DNA of 64,000 nucleotides from Octopus sinensis (GCF_006345805.1 NC_042998.1:130262001-130326000), one strand, 5' to 3'; positions 28,751-43,002 are shown, counted from the stretch's first letter. Numbers and translations: made by a program. Notes: generated by a model not told the origin, from the sequence alone.

Positions 28751-31700
28751 GAAAGATGAAGATGTTGAGAGGGAATCAGTAAATCAGAGATTATGAACAC
28801 CTGACTAGCGCTTTCTTTAACCAAATAGCAGGAAGAATACTGTTTTTCTTATCAGTCATAAGATACATAATCCTGGAACTATAGCCCATGAATTTTCGCT
28901 CTACCGACACATTCTAAAGCTTATAACTGATAAATTAGTCAAAATACATGTCCCATATAAGGTACAACCTAACTCCGTTAATGCCTTGAATTCCTGAACG
29001 ACCAAGATTAGGTAGTAGCAATGAGCTTCTCAGATCCTCTCAGACTCGAGATCCGTTGTCAATGTTCAGCTTCAAAATATATTAAATCGTCGTCCGAAAA
29101 AAATTGTAGAAAACTAATTTTGGTTGCAGGAAGATCTAATGAGTAATAATTAAATAAAATTGTTAACGCGGTCTTAATGATACAATACAGTAGGGCTGAG
29201 AAAAGAGGGGAGAGATCTGTGTTGAGCTGATCTGGTTCAAAGTGATTCAGTTTATCACATTGTATAAGCAACAGTGTAAACAGAGTGAGGGTCAAATGGT
29301 TCTCTAATGGTAGTTTATGTATTTGTAGGTAAGTCATCTTCGATAAGTCGGTTAATCTTTCAAGTGAGGCTGCAGTTGTGTTCCCCACAATCAGACTTAC
29401 TAGGGGGGACATATAAACTAAAGGCATTCTAGCCATGACCACCTTGATTTTTTCGAATGCTCATAACTAAGAAACACATTATCCAGTTGATATATATGAC
29501 TTCCAGTACATTCATCGAGTATAACTAATCCCTAAATGATTAGCCGAAACGCAATCTCGAATTTTTGCGGTATCGTCGCTGATATAGGAATCATAACCAT
29601 TGCATCTCTTACTTGAGCTTTTTAGGTAGTTTTCAGATATTTAAGAACTGATCCGTACTGACGTTTATTCTAGACGCGAAATAAAATGTTGTGTACAAAC
29701 TATCGTCAGATCAAATAATCGGTGACAGTAAAACTTGGTATCTGTAGCGGTTTTAAAGCTCTTAAGTGTTTATTGTTTATTCAGAGAAATGCTGGCTACC
29801 TATCAATTTTACACTAGATAGTTGTAGCAGGTTGGGAAAAAACAGATAAGAAACTACAACTTATGGGTTATCATCAGACGGGAAACCCAGAAACTTCATT
29901 TTGTTCGTGATCAGAAATATTGCGGTACTAAATCATTTCCTTAATAGGAGCAAGATTATGCTTTGTAGTGCTGGCAGTTTGCTGACAGACAAAACTACAA
30001 AAGTTGCCTATAAAGAAGATGCAACGTGAACAAATTATACCAAACCTGTAGCGAGAGACTACAAAATTAATGGGTGTCCTATGATCATTTAACATGCGTG
30101 CAATATGCTTAAGGTTGAATAAAGAGTTATAACATCTACATAGAATTATACATATTTAGATGTTGCAAAACAGTTATGAGAGAGGAATTTCATTCTATTA
30201 GCATCAAACCGAAATGTTCTTAATTCTATCAACAATACCAATTTGTACAACTATAAAATCTATGATTAGTTCTTTCCTGAGGTATTCCCCACGGACTACT
30301 GACAAATTATTCCCTCTTGCTAAATAGGTATATGCGCTGTTATGCCTACTGAAAAATTCTAGCTCACATTCAGAACCACAACGATAGAGAAACTGTAACA
30401 CAGCAGCGCTAAAGTATCAGTTTCTACTCTATCAAACTTCAAAGATCTCTGACAAACCTTCTGCTTCTTTTTCCCTTCATCAGTCTCTTTAGGCTCCTTA
30501 ATTCTGCCATTCAACCATCGCCTGGCTACATTTCTATGATAAATATCGACCTGAAACTGAAGCAGAGTAACGGTCTGGGTTGGCTTGCGAGTAATATAGG
30601 CAAAATCATTTCTCCTGAGTTTTAAACATATAGGGGAATAATACAGTTTGTTTGTATACACAAGTTTCACTCTATTCAGTTCATATCGGATATCGTAACA
30701 TTATTCACTTGACAGAAAATAAGTTATAATTTTTACTGCATCAATATGTAATCTATGGTGAAAATAATACATTTTATAGACGTATATTTCGTTTGTATAA
30801 GTACATATTATTGAATTATTAATATCCATCTCTCATAAACTTTAAGGGCTTATGTTGATTCTGGAATTATATCTTGCCTTTAATTGGTTTCCAGCATACT
30901 TGAGTATTTTGATATCGAAAAACAAATGTAGCAATTACTTCATGTGTGTGGGGGGTGGGATGGAGAGTGTGTGTATGTGAAAAGGGAAAGAAAACTGCGG
31001 AAATACCAATAATATCAATATTTATGTAAGACAAGTCAAGCATCAGGTTTTTAAAGCGACGTTTTGCACGTTAAAATATACATATGAACTACCAGCAGTT
31101 ATGTCAGAGAGATATTTTCTTATTTTAAATAATCGTATTATGCTATAGTTAAGCACTGAAATATACGTGTAACGTGACTAGATCTGACTTAAGGTTTATT
31201 CTGTTCCTGAGTTCGTCTCATGATCTGAAACACATTCATGTTAATATTATGAGAGTCAAAGATGTAAAAGAACGGCGTCATTGACAAAAAGAACATCAAA
31301 GAAGTTTATGGAAATATTGTATAAGCCAGCAAGTGTCAGCAACCATATTTATTCTCTTCCGCTCGATTTGGCTACAGACCTGACTATGGAAATTGCCAGC
31401 GGAGTGAAATCAATGTTGGTGCTTGTAAAGAGGTTGTGGAGTGTAAGTATAGACAGCACTAAAGTTGGATGTTAGGAGATGAAACGCTACAAAAACATCT
31501 ATATGTTGTGAAAAAAATCTATAAATCAGTTGTTTGAAGGCTGACAGATTTTATCGTATTTTATCTTATTTTCGACCACATTCCACTTTACTCATCCTTT
31601 TATTTTCTTTCTTTTATTGAATCTACCCGTATTACGCCGTTTCTTCTTCCCAGGGATTAAAATACGAAATTCACATCATCAATATATGTTGGAATATAAA

Positions 31701-32106
31701 ATGAAAACATATCTAAATCAATTTTTTATATTTCAAAACATGAACGCATTTATAGCAATCGTGGCTTCTAGATTTCATGGCAACGAACTTATCGTACTGT
31801 ATTTAAACTGAATGATTTGGTCAGGTAAATATGTATTATACCTTAAGCAAGTTATTTCATGTAAGCATTTTTCTTTGGCAAGGTACAGAAATATATTGAC
31901 AGACATAATCTTCGAAGGATACTAAAACAGATAAAAAAAATTACATTTTGAAGACCGAATGTCAATGGTATAGGAGGAAAGTTTCGTTGACTGAAAGGAA
32001 CAACACTGTTACTTCTACATATAATAAGCTATAAGAATTGAAGTTACAGTGAACTTAGTAAGCACAACGGTTGTAGTAAGAGCGTTGTAGTTGCTATTTT
32101 ATCATA

Positions 32107-33221
32107 TCTATAAAAGGGAGGATGTGTCTGTGCGTGTGTGCGTGTGTGTGTATACGTAATTGTAATTTATGCACATCCACAAATTAGCACGCATGTCGCT
32201 CAAATTTTAGGAGAACATTTGTCAACACCCAATCTGGGTTTTGTCAACTTATTTTTTTCCCGAGGCACCCGCGGATAGGGTAAAAATCTATTTTCAACCA
32301 TAGCTTTTAACCATAACAAATATCAGCCATTCCTTTTTGATGGCGTCTAACAAAAAAATAAGATAAAGAAAAGTGGAAGAAGGAAGCAGAAAGTTTCACG
32401 GGAAAGACACAATGAGAGAGGGAGAGAGAGTAAGTGACTACGTTCATAAAAAATAAAATGTAAAATGTTTAGTTTTTTTGTTTTGGAAAGGCACGCTATA
32501 TTTTATAATCATAGTATATATACTTTCTCACATAACAATTACAATATATTTTTTTTAATCATTTATTCATTTTAAATCGTTCATCTTTCTCCCTCCTCTC
32601 CCTCTCTCTCTCACATCACTTTGGGTGCGAAAGAGTTTGTTTTTATTTTACGCCGAGTTAAAAGGTGTTTTGTTGACAATCCATTTATTTAACAACAAAC
32701 AAACAAAGAAGTGAGTAACAATTTGTGAGTGAATTACACAATATAAATGGGTACAGTTTTCGTGGCTCCATCACACCCCACTCCGTTTTACGGACCACAA
32801 AAAGGGTTTTGAGGCCAGAGTAGTTGATTCCATCCCAAAAAAAACACCATTTATTTTCTTAGTGAAAATTGTGCGAGTGTTAATCTACAAATTTAGCAGC
32901 ATTTTTTCCATTCATTTCTGTTTATGAGCATGTATGCGTGCACAAAACATGCAATAGGTGTACGTACGTACGTGTGTGTATGTGTGTTCGTGTCTATTGC
33001 CCATATATATTTATATTATAAACATATATATATGTATATATATATAATATATATAATATATATATATATATATAATATATATATATATATATAATATAAC
33101 TAATTTCAACGGATTTCGCCCAAATTTTACGTCTATATTACTTAGTTTGGTTTCAAATAAAGAACTTGATTAATTTAATAATCGTAACTTAATCCCGGGC
33201 AAGGCCGGGTTATACTGCTAG
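32107..33221 (+). mobile_element. Non-autonomous Helitron
   Basis: 5' A|TCTATAAAAG followed by TGTCTGTGCGTGTGTG; 3' hairpin CCCGGGCAAGGCCGGG then CTAG|T (33218-33222); inserted between A and T with no TSD. Confidence 0.75.
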
Positions 33222-33879
33222 TTCTTATATATCTATGAGTCAGTCACAAGAAGAAATGCTGCGCCCATGAAGAAAGTGGGAAGTTATCCGCAGATCAGAA
33301 ACCGGTCTTAAATTCTTGCAGCACAGTTGATTCCGATAAAAGCATTCAAGTGCCATTTGGTGAAGTTAAGTAGAGAGATGGATTCAGTGAATTATTCAAG
33401 AATAAGGTGGTGATTGCAAGAGGCTTCCGTACAATTTGAATCTAGAAAATTTAACTTACTCGATTCTGGTCGAAATTATGTTATGGTAGAATGCCTTTGT
33501 CCAAAGTGCTACGCTCGTAGATATGGAACCAAATTCTCAACCGTCTAGCTGTGCCTATAGCGATACACACTCAGTTGTCTTTAGAGAATGAACTTGTTTG
33601 CTACAAAACCTGATATTTGCAAGGACATAAATATTAAATATGTGAAGTAAAGAGGAGTGGAGTGCACGTTCTGCAACATTTGCAGAGATAGCAACTCAAG
33701 TGCAAAGTATGTTTTACATAGCAAAAAAAGAACTGCTTTCCATCTAAATTAAAACATACATTTTGTAAGGGAGTACAAAAGTACAAAATTTACTGCTATG
33801 TATTTTAAGATTTGGTGGTATATACCTACTAATATACACTGAAAAGGACAGAATTAGTGTGTCAGTTACGTAACAAATT

Positions 33880-36130
33880 TGTTTTCAATGTTGGACCGAA
33901 TAAAGAGGATTAATATGAACACTAATACAATTACCATCATTGCATATCAAAATTTAATAAAGTCTTGCATGTTTTTACTGTTCCATTTAGAGATTGTAAG
34001 AGTAATGTTCGTGTTATCTGGCCTCTTTGCTTGGAAATCCAAGCTTCTCCAGATTATGGCTTCAGTATTTACTAACATAACAGAAGACATCAATGATCAT
34101 TTGTATGAATGTAAAATTAGAAGCAGGATAGAGGAGTTGGAGGTATCGAAGCAGCTGTCTATAAATATTCCCCATCACAGCGATTTTGCAAGAGATGTTC
34201 ACAACTCCATGGAAGTTGACTTCTATGAATGTACACAATTTCTCTTTTCTGTCCCAAATATCTATGATAGGGATGTTATGCATACTCTTGGTTGAAGTTT
34301 TGATGGCAGTGTTCTACTAATGTTCCTTGTGCTGATATGAGTGTATATATTCCACAACCTAGTGTTGTTTATATGAATCCTATTGTAGTCTTTTCTGTGG
34401 ATGGCATTTATATTTGTTTAGCAACAACATTGTGTTGCAGTAGGAGATAGTAAATCGTTATTTGTTGTACCGTGGCTTATTATATGTCATATTTCCTCCT
34501 CCACACGGCAATGCCATAGCCGACATATGTGATTGAAGGGCTTCTCCGTCTCGTTTGCTCATAAGGTACTTTGTAGCTATTTTCTATTCTTGAATGACAA
34601 AGTACGTCCTTCAGAATATGCTGCCATATAGCGGTTTGAAGTCTAGAAGAGACTACCTTTTATGTTAATATTGTTTTATTTTCTAGTTTACGGGTGACTT
34701 ATTTTTCTACGTTCAGTAAGCAAACAAGAACATTTCTTTTGGCCGAATGCCGTTTCTACATCGGATGGAAATAGTGTAAACACCAGATGCTTTTTACATT
34801 GTAAGTAGATATCTTTATCAACATAGATACTATCGGTTACATTGGTATCTTTAGCAGTTTCAGACACTTGTATTAGGTTTTTATAGAAAATATAAAAAAA
34901 GGAATAGAAACGGATCTAATACCAAAGTAATAAAAATTAAAGAAAAACTATCTTCTTAGATGTTCCTTTTAAAATATGTGTAACGATAGAGATGATCGTT
35001 CCTTCCGGTGTTCCAACTGTTATTCAGGTCTCTCAATAGCTGCAGCTAAGGTTTCAAATGCTTTTGCCCAGTGCAAAGATTTCGGCAACCATGTGGTAGG
35101 GATAAAGTCGAATACTTTCCTATAATCAAGCCTTAGTATTGAAATGATTTTGTGACATTTTCTTACTTCGGGTAAACCAGCTGTGACAACTTTTCCGGCA
35201 CGTCTTAATACTCCTACAAATATTTCAGAGGAATTTGTTGAGACAGCTTGTGTAAAGCATGTGTGTAATGTTTAGTCAAGCAATGGGTCTGTACTTTTCT
35301 GCTTCTTGGAAGTTTCTTTATCCGAGCTAGTCAGTTTGGTATGTCCGAGCAAGTCAATTTGGCATGTCAATTCTTTTAAGTATACATATGTTTTGAAGGA
35401 GTAGGAGAAAACGTTCAAAAGGCATTTTTGAACAGCACTTTCCCACCTCGTTCGTTGTTAATAGTGCTGTGCTTTATATATTTATGCGTTTATTTATCAA
35501 CTTACTATCGGAAACTTGCTAGTGGCAGGATAGGTTTTGCTTCTTAATCGTTGTTCTCAGAGTATCTTGCATTCTGTAATTGTAATAGTTTTATGAATAG
35601 GCCGGTCAAGTCATAGCAAAAGGACTTCCGCTTGTAACTCTATCTAATTTATTAATGCTCTTAGGAAAATAACGTATGGCTGGACTGAAACTTAATTCAA
35701 TGAAATGAACGAGGATAATAAACCTCATGAGGTGTTCCATGGAGAGACGAAAGTGCAGCAAAATAATGAAAATCTCTTTGAAGTGTAGTAAGGTATTTTG
35801 TCCTCCTCTCTACGTCTTGAATTTAGATATCAGTAGAGCCAAATTTATCTTTCAACTCTTTGGGATCGATACAAGAAGGACCAGTCATAATGGAGTCGAT
35901 AGTTTCGATTATAACCCATTTGTATTCAGTTACGTGGCCACGTGTCAATGTAAGTTGAAGAGAGCTTATTATTGCAGTTTCTTTCTTATTATTATTGGTG
36001 TTAGAAGTATTGATATTTTTGATGCCATTTATAGGAGAACTGATCGTAGATGTGGATTTAAGTAGTTCTCTAATGATAGGGAGAGTATCAGTATAATTCT
36101 CATAGTAGTATTGTAATTGATGGAAAGCAT
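33880..36130 (-). mobile_element. R4/Dong-group RLE non-LTR retrotransposon relic
   Basis: EAEKYRPIA, RLDYRKVFDFIPTTWLPKSLHWAK (about 35061-35135), KIATKYLMSKR, HNIPIIDIWDRKEKLCTFIEV...NIYRQLLRYLQLLYP (RLE core); many lesions. Confidence 0.75.
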
Positions 36131-36989
36131 GCATAAGAACCTCTAAAAATCAATGTATTATATTATCGATTATATATATATTTTTTTTACCAGGCATAAA
36201 CAAGGAATAAAAGCACAATCTAGCAGATATGTTATTTGAAAGTTATGCTTAGACCTCGGTCGAATTATGTTTTTGAAAGACTCTGTCAGCAGCTACAGCG
36301 TATAATAATATTAGTTGTGAGAATCTTTTTTATGGTTGAAGAGTGCATTCTATCTAACTGCCCACACTCAAGGCCACATTAGAAGAATATATTTCACTGT
36401 GAAATCTAAGTTTAATCCAAACACTAGCTGTTAGAGGATTCTATCTATCGGGTCGATAAATGCTTCAGTTAAAAAAGGTACTGATTGATTTTTAGCCGTC
36501 AAAATCTGACATTAGTGTAAAAACGAACTAGACATATAATGATGACAATTTCAAAACCTTTCATTGATTAATAATTTGGTAAATCATTAATTTATTTTAC
36601 GACTATTGTTTCGTAAAATGAAACATAGTTATGACAATTTTATGCTATTCCTATTTATGTTATTCCTATTTACAAATCCACAAACTGATTTTAATTTTTC
36701 ATCCACCACACGCTCTAATTTTTAACGTTCGACAGATTCTGTATTACTAAAAACAAGCCCCATAAGTATTACGATAATTAATTTTGTTTAGTGGGGAGTC
36801 TAATATTTATTGTACAACATATAAAGAAAAACTATAGCTGTGACTTTCCTATGTCAAAAATTATGTAATAAGTATAATGACAATAGCGGATATGAAGTGG
36901 TGCGATGAATGTTCTAAACAGTGCCTTCTAGTCGTGTAATAGATGTCCTAAAACGTATCTTCACATACTTGTTCTTTGAAAAGATTTCG

Positions 36990-37386
36990 TTAACGTTGAG
37001 ACGAAAATTTGAATAGACAGAGCAGCTTCAAATTATCATCTCTCATCTGAAATATTCCGTCTACCAAATACACTCACAAGGCTTTAATCGGCCCGAGGCT
37101 ATAGTAGAAGACATTTTCCCAAGGTGCCACACAGTGGGACTGAACCCAGAACCATATAAGCATGCTGCTTACCACACAGCCACACCTGCGCCTATATATT
37201 TAATATTTTTAAAGGATACTGTTACGTTCATACGAAGAAATAAACTAAATGAAATGTTTTGATTCTGCCTGAAAGTGTTATTATCAAAAAAATACGGAGA
37301 CGATAACGACAACCAAATCATTAACGTTGACATGAAAATTTGAATAGACAGATCAGCTTCAAATTATCATCTCTCATCTGAAATAT
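36990..37386. repeat. 265-bp insert (SINE head plus unique flank) between 66-bp direct repeats
   Basis: 36990-37055 matches 37321-37386; 37056-37320 matches 40802-41079. Confidence 0.85.
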
Positions 37387-37639
37387 ACCGAGTTATTTTT
37401 TTAAAGAGCTGAAACGAAAACGAAATTGACTAAATTTAAAGGCATTCTTCACTGTTGCTATTATGTCGACGATGAAGGTATACTGAACACAGCATACATC
37501 TAGTTGCACAATATAGAAAACAAAGGACAATAAGATGTTGGTGAGAAGACTATAATCCCAGTGTTTAAAAAAGTAATGAAAGCTGTGATATAGAAAAGAA
37601 TTTTAAGATGTTCTAAAATACATGTAAGTATGGATACAG

Positions 37640-38760
37640 AGTGACGATGCATTAACGAGATGGCCTTTGTGGAACACTCATTGATAACTAAGAATCGACA
37701 TTTCAAGAATTTGTTTGAACTCGTGGAGTTTACTTTCAGAAGGTTCAATATTGCTATGGCCAGTGTGAAGTTTTGCAGACCAGGCTTATAGTAGATATAA
37801 CATTTGTTTGCTTGCTATGTACTAAAATGTAATACCAAATGTAGATAAGATATTATTTGAAGAAACAATTTGAAAAAACTAGATTTTTATAGCCATGGTT
37901 GCTGATGATGCTTCTTTAATGATTAGCCTTCACAGAGTTTACCGCTATGCACGAGGAAAAATGCCTTCATGTACATAATATTCATTGCATAAGACACGGA
38001 CGCCATTTATTGTCCAGTAAACTTAAAAGTGAATTGCACGATGCTTGAAAAAATTGTGTCTAGTCAATATAATTAAAGGTTCTTTCTATTTGTGAGTGTT
38101 TGCGATGATTAGTGAAAATATAATAAAACATTTACTCAGTCATTATTGATCTTAGTGATGAGGTGATTTTAACGAAATGGCTGTTTATAAAAACATCTCG
38201 ACTTTTATGATTCAACCCTCAGTAATTGACACGTTAGGAAAGTGTCGCAGAAGTTTATTCTATTCTTTGCAATTATGTTACAATTACTGAAACATGAATA
38301 ATCCAGATAGTTCTTCGAAGTAAAGAAGATTAGTTAAAAATCCATTGGGTCGTAGAAATTTGAATATTCCTTATAATGTTTTCAAACGTACAGCATTTGG
38401 AAGAAAACAATACTATTTTCAGATCAAAATCTGGAATTACACATAGAAAATAAGATAAATCATTCAAATAAGAAAAAATTGCAATTCTGAATAACATATT
38501 TCGGAATAGTATTTTTATATCTGAAGATATGAAATCATTGGTATATATGTGGACCTTGATTATGAATTATTGTTTGAAATAAATCCTAAAGAATTATTGG
38601 AAAATGTTTGGAAAAATCAAATAAAGTTACCAAATTATCTAAGAAACATTTTGCCTGAGCTAACAATTCTGCCAGCTCGCCACCCTAGCAATATCAAAAC
38701 ATTGCAAATATGTGTTACCAATGCCAAATATTACTTAAAATAACGGTGAATAGAAATTCT
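37640..38760 (+). mobile_element. hAT (Charlie-like) transposase relic
   Basis: AMVADDASLM (37891-37920), IHCIRHGRHLLSSKL (37980-38024, CxxH signature), C-terminal WKNQIKLPNYLRNILPELTILP...LQICVTNAK resembling the dimerisation region. Confidence 0.5.
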
Positions 38761-38930
38761 TTTCTTCCTCAAAAATCTATTAATAACGTTAAACAAAAAT
38801 TTTGGACGTGCCCGACCTTCCATTATCTAAATATATATTGCATGACTAGCATATTTAATAGTTACTACCCTATAGTTAACTTACATGGGAAAATTGAACG
38901 GTTGATTCAGACCTCCATCTTCCTCCTTCT

Positions 38931-39120
<190 letters not shown>

Positions 39121-40299
39121 TCGACGACCTTGTCGTCGTTAGCATATATTCACCCTGATTCTTATCAAATACACACGAGGAATATTTGCACGTGTTCACG
39201 TATATTTTGCAATAATTTTCAGAATTGTGACAATTACTATATTATGTATACAATAATATAGAAAACCTTAAGACGACAAGCTGGCGAAGATAGTAGAGCA
39301 AAAGTGTGAGATATTTCTGGCATAATACGTTATATGATTGCCTAAATCAACATCGACTTTCATCTTTCTGGTGTCGGTAAATATTCTAGTAATAATATAC
39401 CAGAGTAATTAACTGAAATCTATTGCATCCATCAGTAGTATAAAATGGCTTTGTACTTTCCTTGAAGAAAGATTTGTGCATTTCATTCCTACATTTCATA
39501 TAGTTAAGGCGCATATTTTTCACGTTGCGTTCTCTTTCAAGCTGCATAATATATACTGAATGTATGCTGATATTTGACAGGTAAATCGGTAAGAAACCTG
39601 GAATTCACAGATTATTTATTTCTTAAACCAGCACAATATTAATATCCTAAATCTTCGTAAGGTTTGCAAACTGTTTGACATTGAAATGGATAACAACTGA
39701 TGTTATATTATAACCTATAGAGAATCGAAAAGCTAAAAGTAAAAAGGAACAGGTTCGTATCACTTCACTAATATTGTTCTGCGACAATAATCAAAGCAGT
39801 TAAATATTATTTGGTGTATCCATCAAGAAGTAAAGAGGCACATAACATGGAAATAAATGCATATTTCTGCAACTGAACCAACATAACTAATGTTTAATTT
39901 CCGAATCAGAACCTAAGTTAAGGCCCTCGAATGGGTCAGTATTTTTCTCCGTAAATTTTGATCATATCCTAAAACCCCAATGATATCGAGGTATTCAAAC
40001 ATCCCACAGCAAATTTTCGAGTAGGTTAAAGAAGGTGGGACATATTTTTGTAATAACGCTTTTATTACACGCACATGCTAAATATGTGTAACGTGAATTA
40101 GAGGCCCTTCCTTAGTTCTTTCATAACTATTATGATTATTGCAAATGTTTCGAAATTTTGTTGATGTTGCAGGTCTTGTGATGTTGCCGGTCTTGTTTTG
40201 AACATAAACGTGAACGGTATTATTTTACTATTCCTTTTATTTAAAAATAATCGCTGCCATATTTGCTATGGGATCAGATTTCTTCCAACCGTTCTTATA

Positions 40300-40452
40300 T
40301 GAAATTCGCTCGTCGCTACGCCCTGAGTTCAAATTCTGCCAAGGTCGACTTTACCTTTCATTCTCTCGGGGTCCATAATTGAGTACTGATGTCGATGTAA
40401 GCGACTATCCCCCTTCCCCAAATTTCAGGTCTTGTACCTATAATAGAAAGGG
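40300..40452 (+). mobile_element. SINE, family B (partial)
   Basis: B-box GAGTTCAAATTCTGCC then GGTCGACTTTACCTTTCAT; homologous to 43003-43197. Confidence 0.7.
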
Positions 40453-40554
40453 TTCTTTTATATGAAATTTTGAATTAGCGTTCCTGTTTGATGATTTGTT
40501 GCAAAGAATAAATTGTAACTAGTTATTTTAATCATATTCTTTTACTCTTTTCTT

Positions 40555-40940
40555 CTTTTACTTGCTCTAGTCATTTGACCGCGGCCATGCTGGAGCACCG
40601 CCTTTTTTTAGTCGATCAAATCGACCCCAGGACTTATTCTTTGTAAGCTTAGTACTTATTATATCGGGCTATTTTGCCGAACCACTAAGTTACGGTGACG
40701 TAAACACACCAGCATCGGTTGTCAAGCGATGGTGGGAGGACGAACAGTCATACATGCACCCACGCATATACATATATATATACGACGGGCTTCTTTCAGT
40801 TTCCGTCTACCAAATCCACTCACAAGGCTTTGGTCGGCCTGAGGCTATAGTAGAAGACACTTGCCCAAGGTGCCACGCCGTGGGACTGAACCCAGAACCA
40901 TGTAAGCATGCTGCTTACCACTCAGCCACTCCTGCGCCTA
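40555..40940 (-). mobile_element. tRNA-derived SINE, family C
   Basis: Minus strand head GGCGCAGGAGTGGCTGAGTGGTAAG...GGGTTCAGTCCCA, CORE-like GGCACCTTGGGCAAGTGTCTT, internal (TA/CA) tract, AAAG-rich tail. Confidence 0.85.
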
Positions 40941-41094
40941 TATATTTCATATATTTTAAAGGATACTGTTACGTTCATGCGAAGAAATAAACTAAATGAA
41001 ATGCTTTGATTCTGCCTGGTGGTTGCAAGAAAGTGACATTATCAAAAAAAGTACGGAGATGATAACGACAGCCAAATCAACCACCAAAACAACA

Positions 41095-41950
41095 ACAGGA
41101 GCGCAGTCGCAGTTGTTAGATATGGTGATGGAATCCTGAAATGTACAGAGGAGGAGCTAATGGAGACCATACAATCAGTTCCATGTAGCCACAACAGAAG
41201 TTGCTGATGAAAGGAACCTTAAAAAAAGAAACCGAGAGCACTACACTGGCAGCGCAGGACCAAGCTTTCGCAATAGAATGGACGAAACCATTGCTCCTAT
41301 CACGAACGAATGCCCGAGACTTGCCCCAAACCTGTACAAGTTGTTGCAACACGACCAGGTGCTGCATTGTATACTGTGCAAAATGTGCGGGCCAGAGGGA
41401 GGCAAGACGTCGTATGAGCAGAAACCGCGAAGAGTGAACGAGTCCGAGATCAACAAAATCATCAGGGATTTCCCAATACAAACAGAACAGGTGCTACAGC
41501 ATAACCGACCGGACCTAGTGGTAGTGGACAAGGTGCACCACATATGCTATATAGCTGATGTTGCATGCCCCTCTGACCCATGAGTAGTCAAGAAGGAAGG
41601 CGAAAAAATAGATAGATACAACACTCTTAAGTACGAGATAGTCCGGTTGTTGAAAATGAAGAAGGTGAAGATAGTGGCAATTATTGTTGGGTCCTTGGAA
41701 ATAGTATCAGTTGGTATGAAGAGGAATATAAAGGAAATTGGTGTAAAGCACCCAGTAGAACTATTACAAGAGTTTTGCCTCCTTGGCACGACCACAATAA
41801 TCGGGAAAGTATTCGAAAGCTGAAAAGAACGAATAGCACGGTACAGTAGGCTGCAAGTAGTAAGCCTGCTACGCATACAAGACTCCAGGAGCTCCAACAA
41901 AATATGTGATAAAAATAAAATAATAATGATAATGATAATTATAATAATTC
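41095..41950 (+). mobile_element. R4/Dong-group RLE retrotransposon 3' fragment
   Basis: GTLKKETESTTLAAQDQA, ETIAPITNEC, HNRPDLVVVDK, IADVACPSD, EKIDRYNTLKYEI, IIVGSLE; stop 41821-41823; followed by TAA-rich run. Confidence 0.85.
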
Positions 41951-42399
41951 ATTATAATACAAAATTGCACGTATTGAAAAGAGCATTGTCGCCGAGACCC
42001 ATGTAATTTTCTCCCTTTTTGTTTTTCCTTTCTTGTTCTTCTTTTACATAACTTGACTTTGTAGATGAACAATCTGGTGTGTTTATTTCTAAAGCCTATC
42101 AATGTGTAGGGTGGTTCGGGATTTTGGGAAAAGTGAATGCCGGAGTCGTTGCGAGTAACTCAACACGTGTTTTGAATACATTAAAATAAAAGGCCTCAGT
42201 TCGGTTGGGATAATCCTGACTCGCCTAACCCCAAACTACACACCAGTGACTTTGAGTGCATCAGAACTCGAAACGAGAAATGTTAAAATGGCAGTGCTGC
42301 GGCCTGTTCCGGGTACACTCAAGCAATGTACTAACATCCGTGTGTAGGCAGATAACGCTAGGAATTTTAAATGTGTTGCATAATTAAATTATATGTAAT

Positions 42400-42720
42400 T
42401 TTAGTTAGCTGCTCTATTTTGGATGATATTCGGGCCAGTGACTACCAAGGATCACATCCTGAAAACACTGCCTGGCTTGGCAGCGCTACCAAGGAGCTCA
42501 ACAGGTACTGTTGTACCACCAAGATGGGAATGTCCGAGATGTGCTGAAAGCGACGCAACCGCACCGCTTGCATTCACACAATTTCCAAGTATTTCTGATT
42601 TGTGGAGTTATATCGAACACCGTTATCGCATAGAGGATGAATCCGACCATCGTGAATATTATTCCACCGACTGCTTTTGATAAGGAAAGGCAGGCGGCGT
42701 TTCTGTGTTTAGGAGTTATA
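42400..42720 (+). mobile_element. Possible N-terminal zinc-finger region of an RLE (R2/NeSL-like) element
   Basis: WECPRCAES...FPSISDLWSYIEHRY resembles a degenerate C2H2 finger; no RT seen. Confidence 0.3.
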
Positions 42721-43002
42721 TTGAATAATGTAGTGTGATGGATGTGACTGAAAGGATCGAGGAGAGATTGTCCTTTTCATTCAAGCCCGCATTGACTACT
42801 TTGGAAAGCAGAGTGAGGAAGCAGTGGGAATTACTCTCCTTGGTGCAGTTGACCCATGGTGGATAACCGTGGCAAATATGCTCTGGGTGAATGAATCTAC
42901 TCTAAAAAAATACTGCAGAATAACAATTGGGAGAAAAATCGTGCTCTTGAAAGAGACGTTAATATAGAGGAAGTGTGAGGCGATACACTGTAAGAATAGT
43001 CA

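Larger units (their letters stand above)
26250..31500 (-). pseudogene. Decayed intronless Toll-like receptor (LRRs - LRRCT - TM - TIR), interrupted by insertions
   Basis: LRR motifs FKNLMLDLSYINIDII (about 31000-31055), LKLRRNDFAYI (about 30600-30625), VLNVS*NF, ELRTFRFDANRMKFLSHNCF (about 30165-30228), LDLPATKISFL...LIYFEAEH*QRISSLRG (about 29035-29140); LRRCT DLSVPGNPFN (about 27110-27135) and FNCYSPELY; TIR-like GFQFCIER and IRRSVVLTINSSIGTEARNLRWAQELFF...KLE* (about 26270-26540); domain order collinear. Confidence 0.65.
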
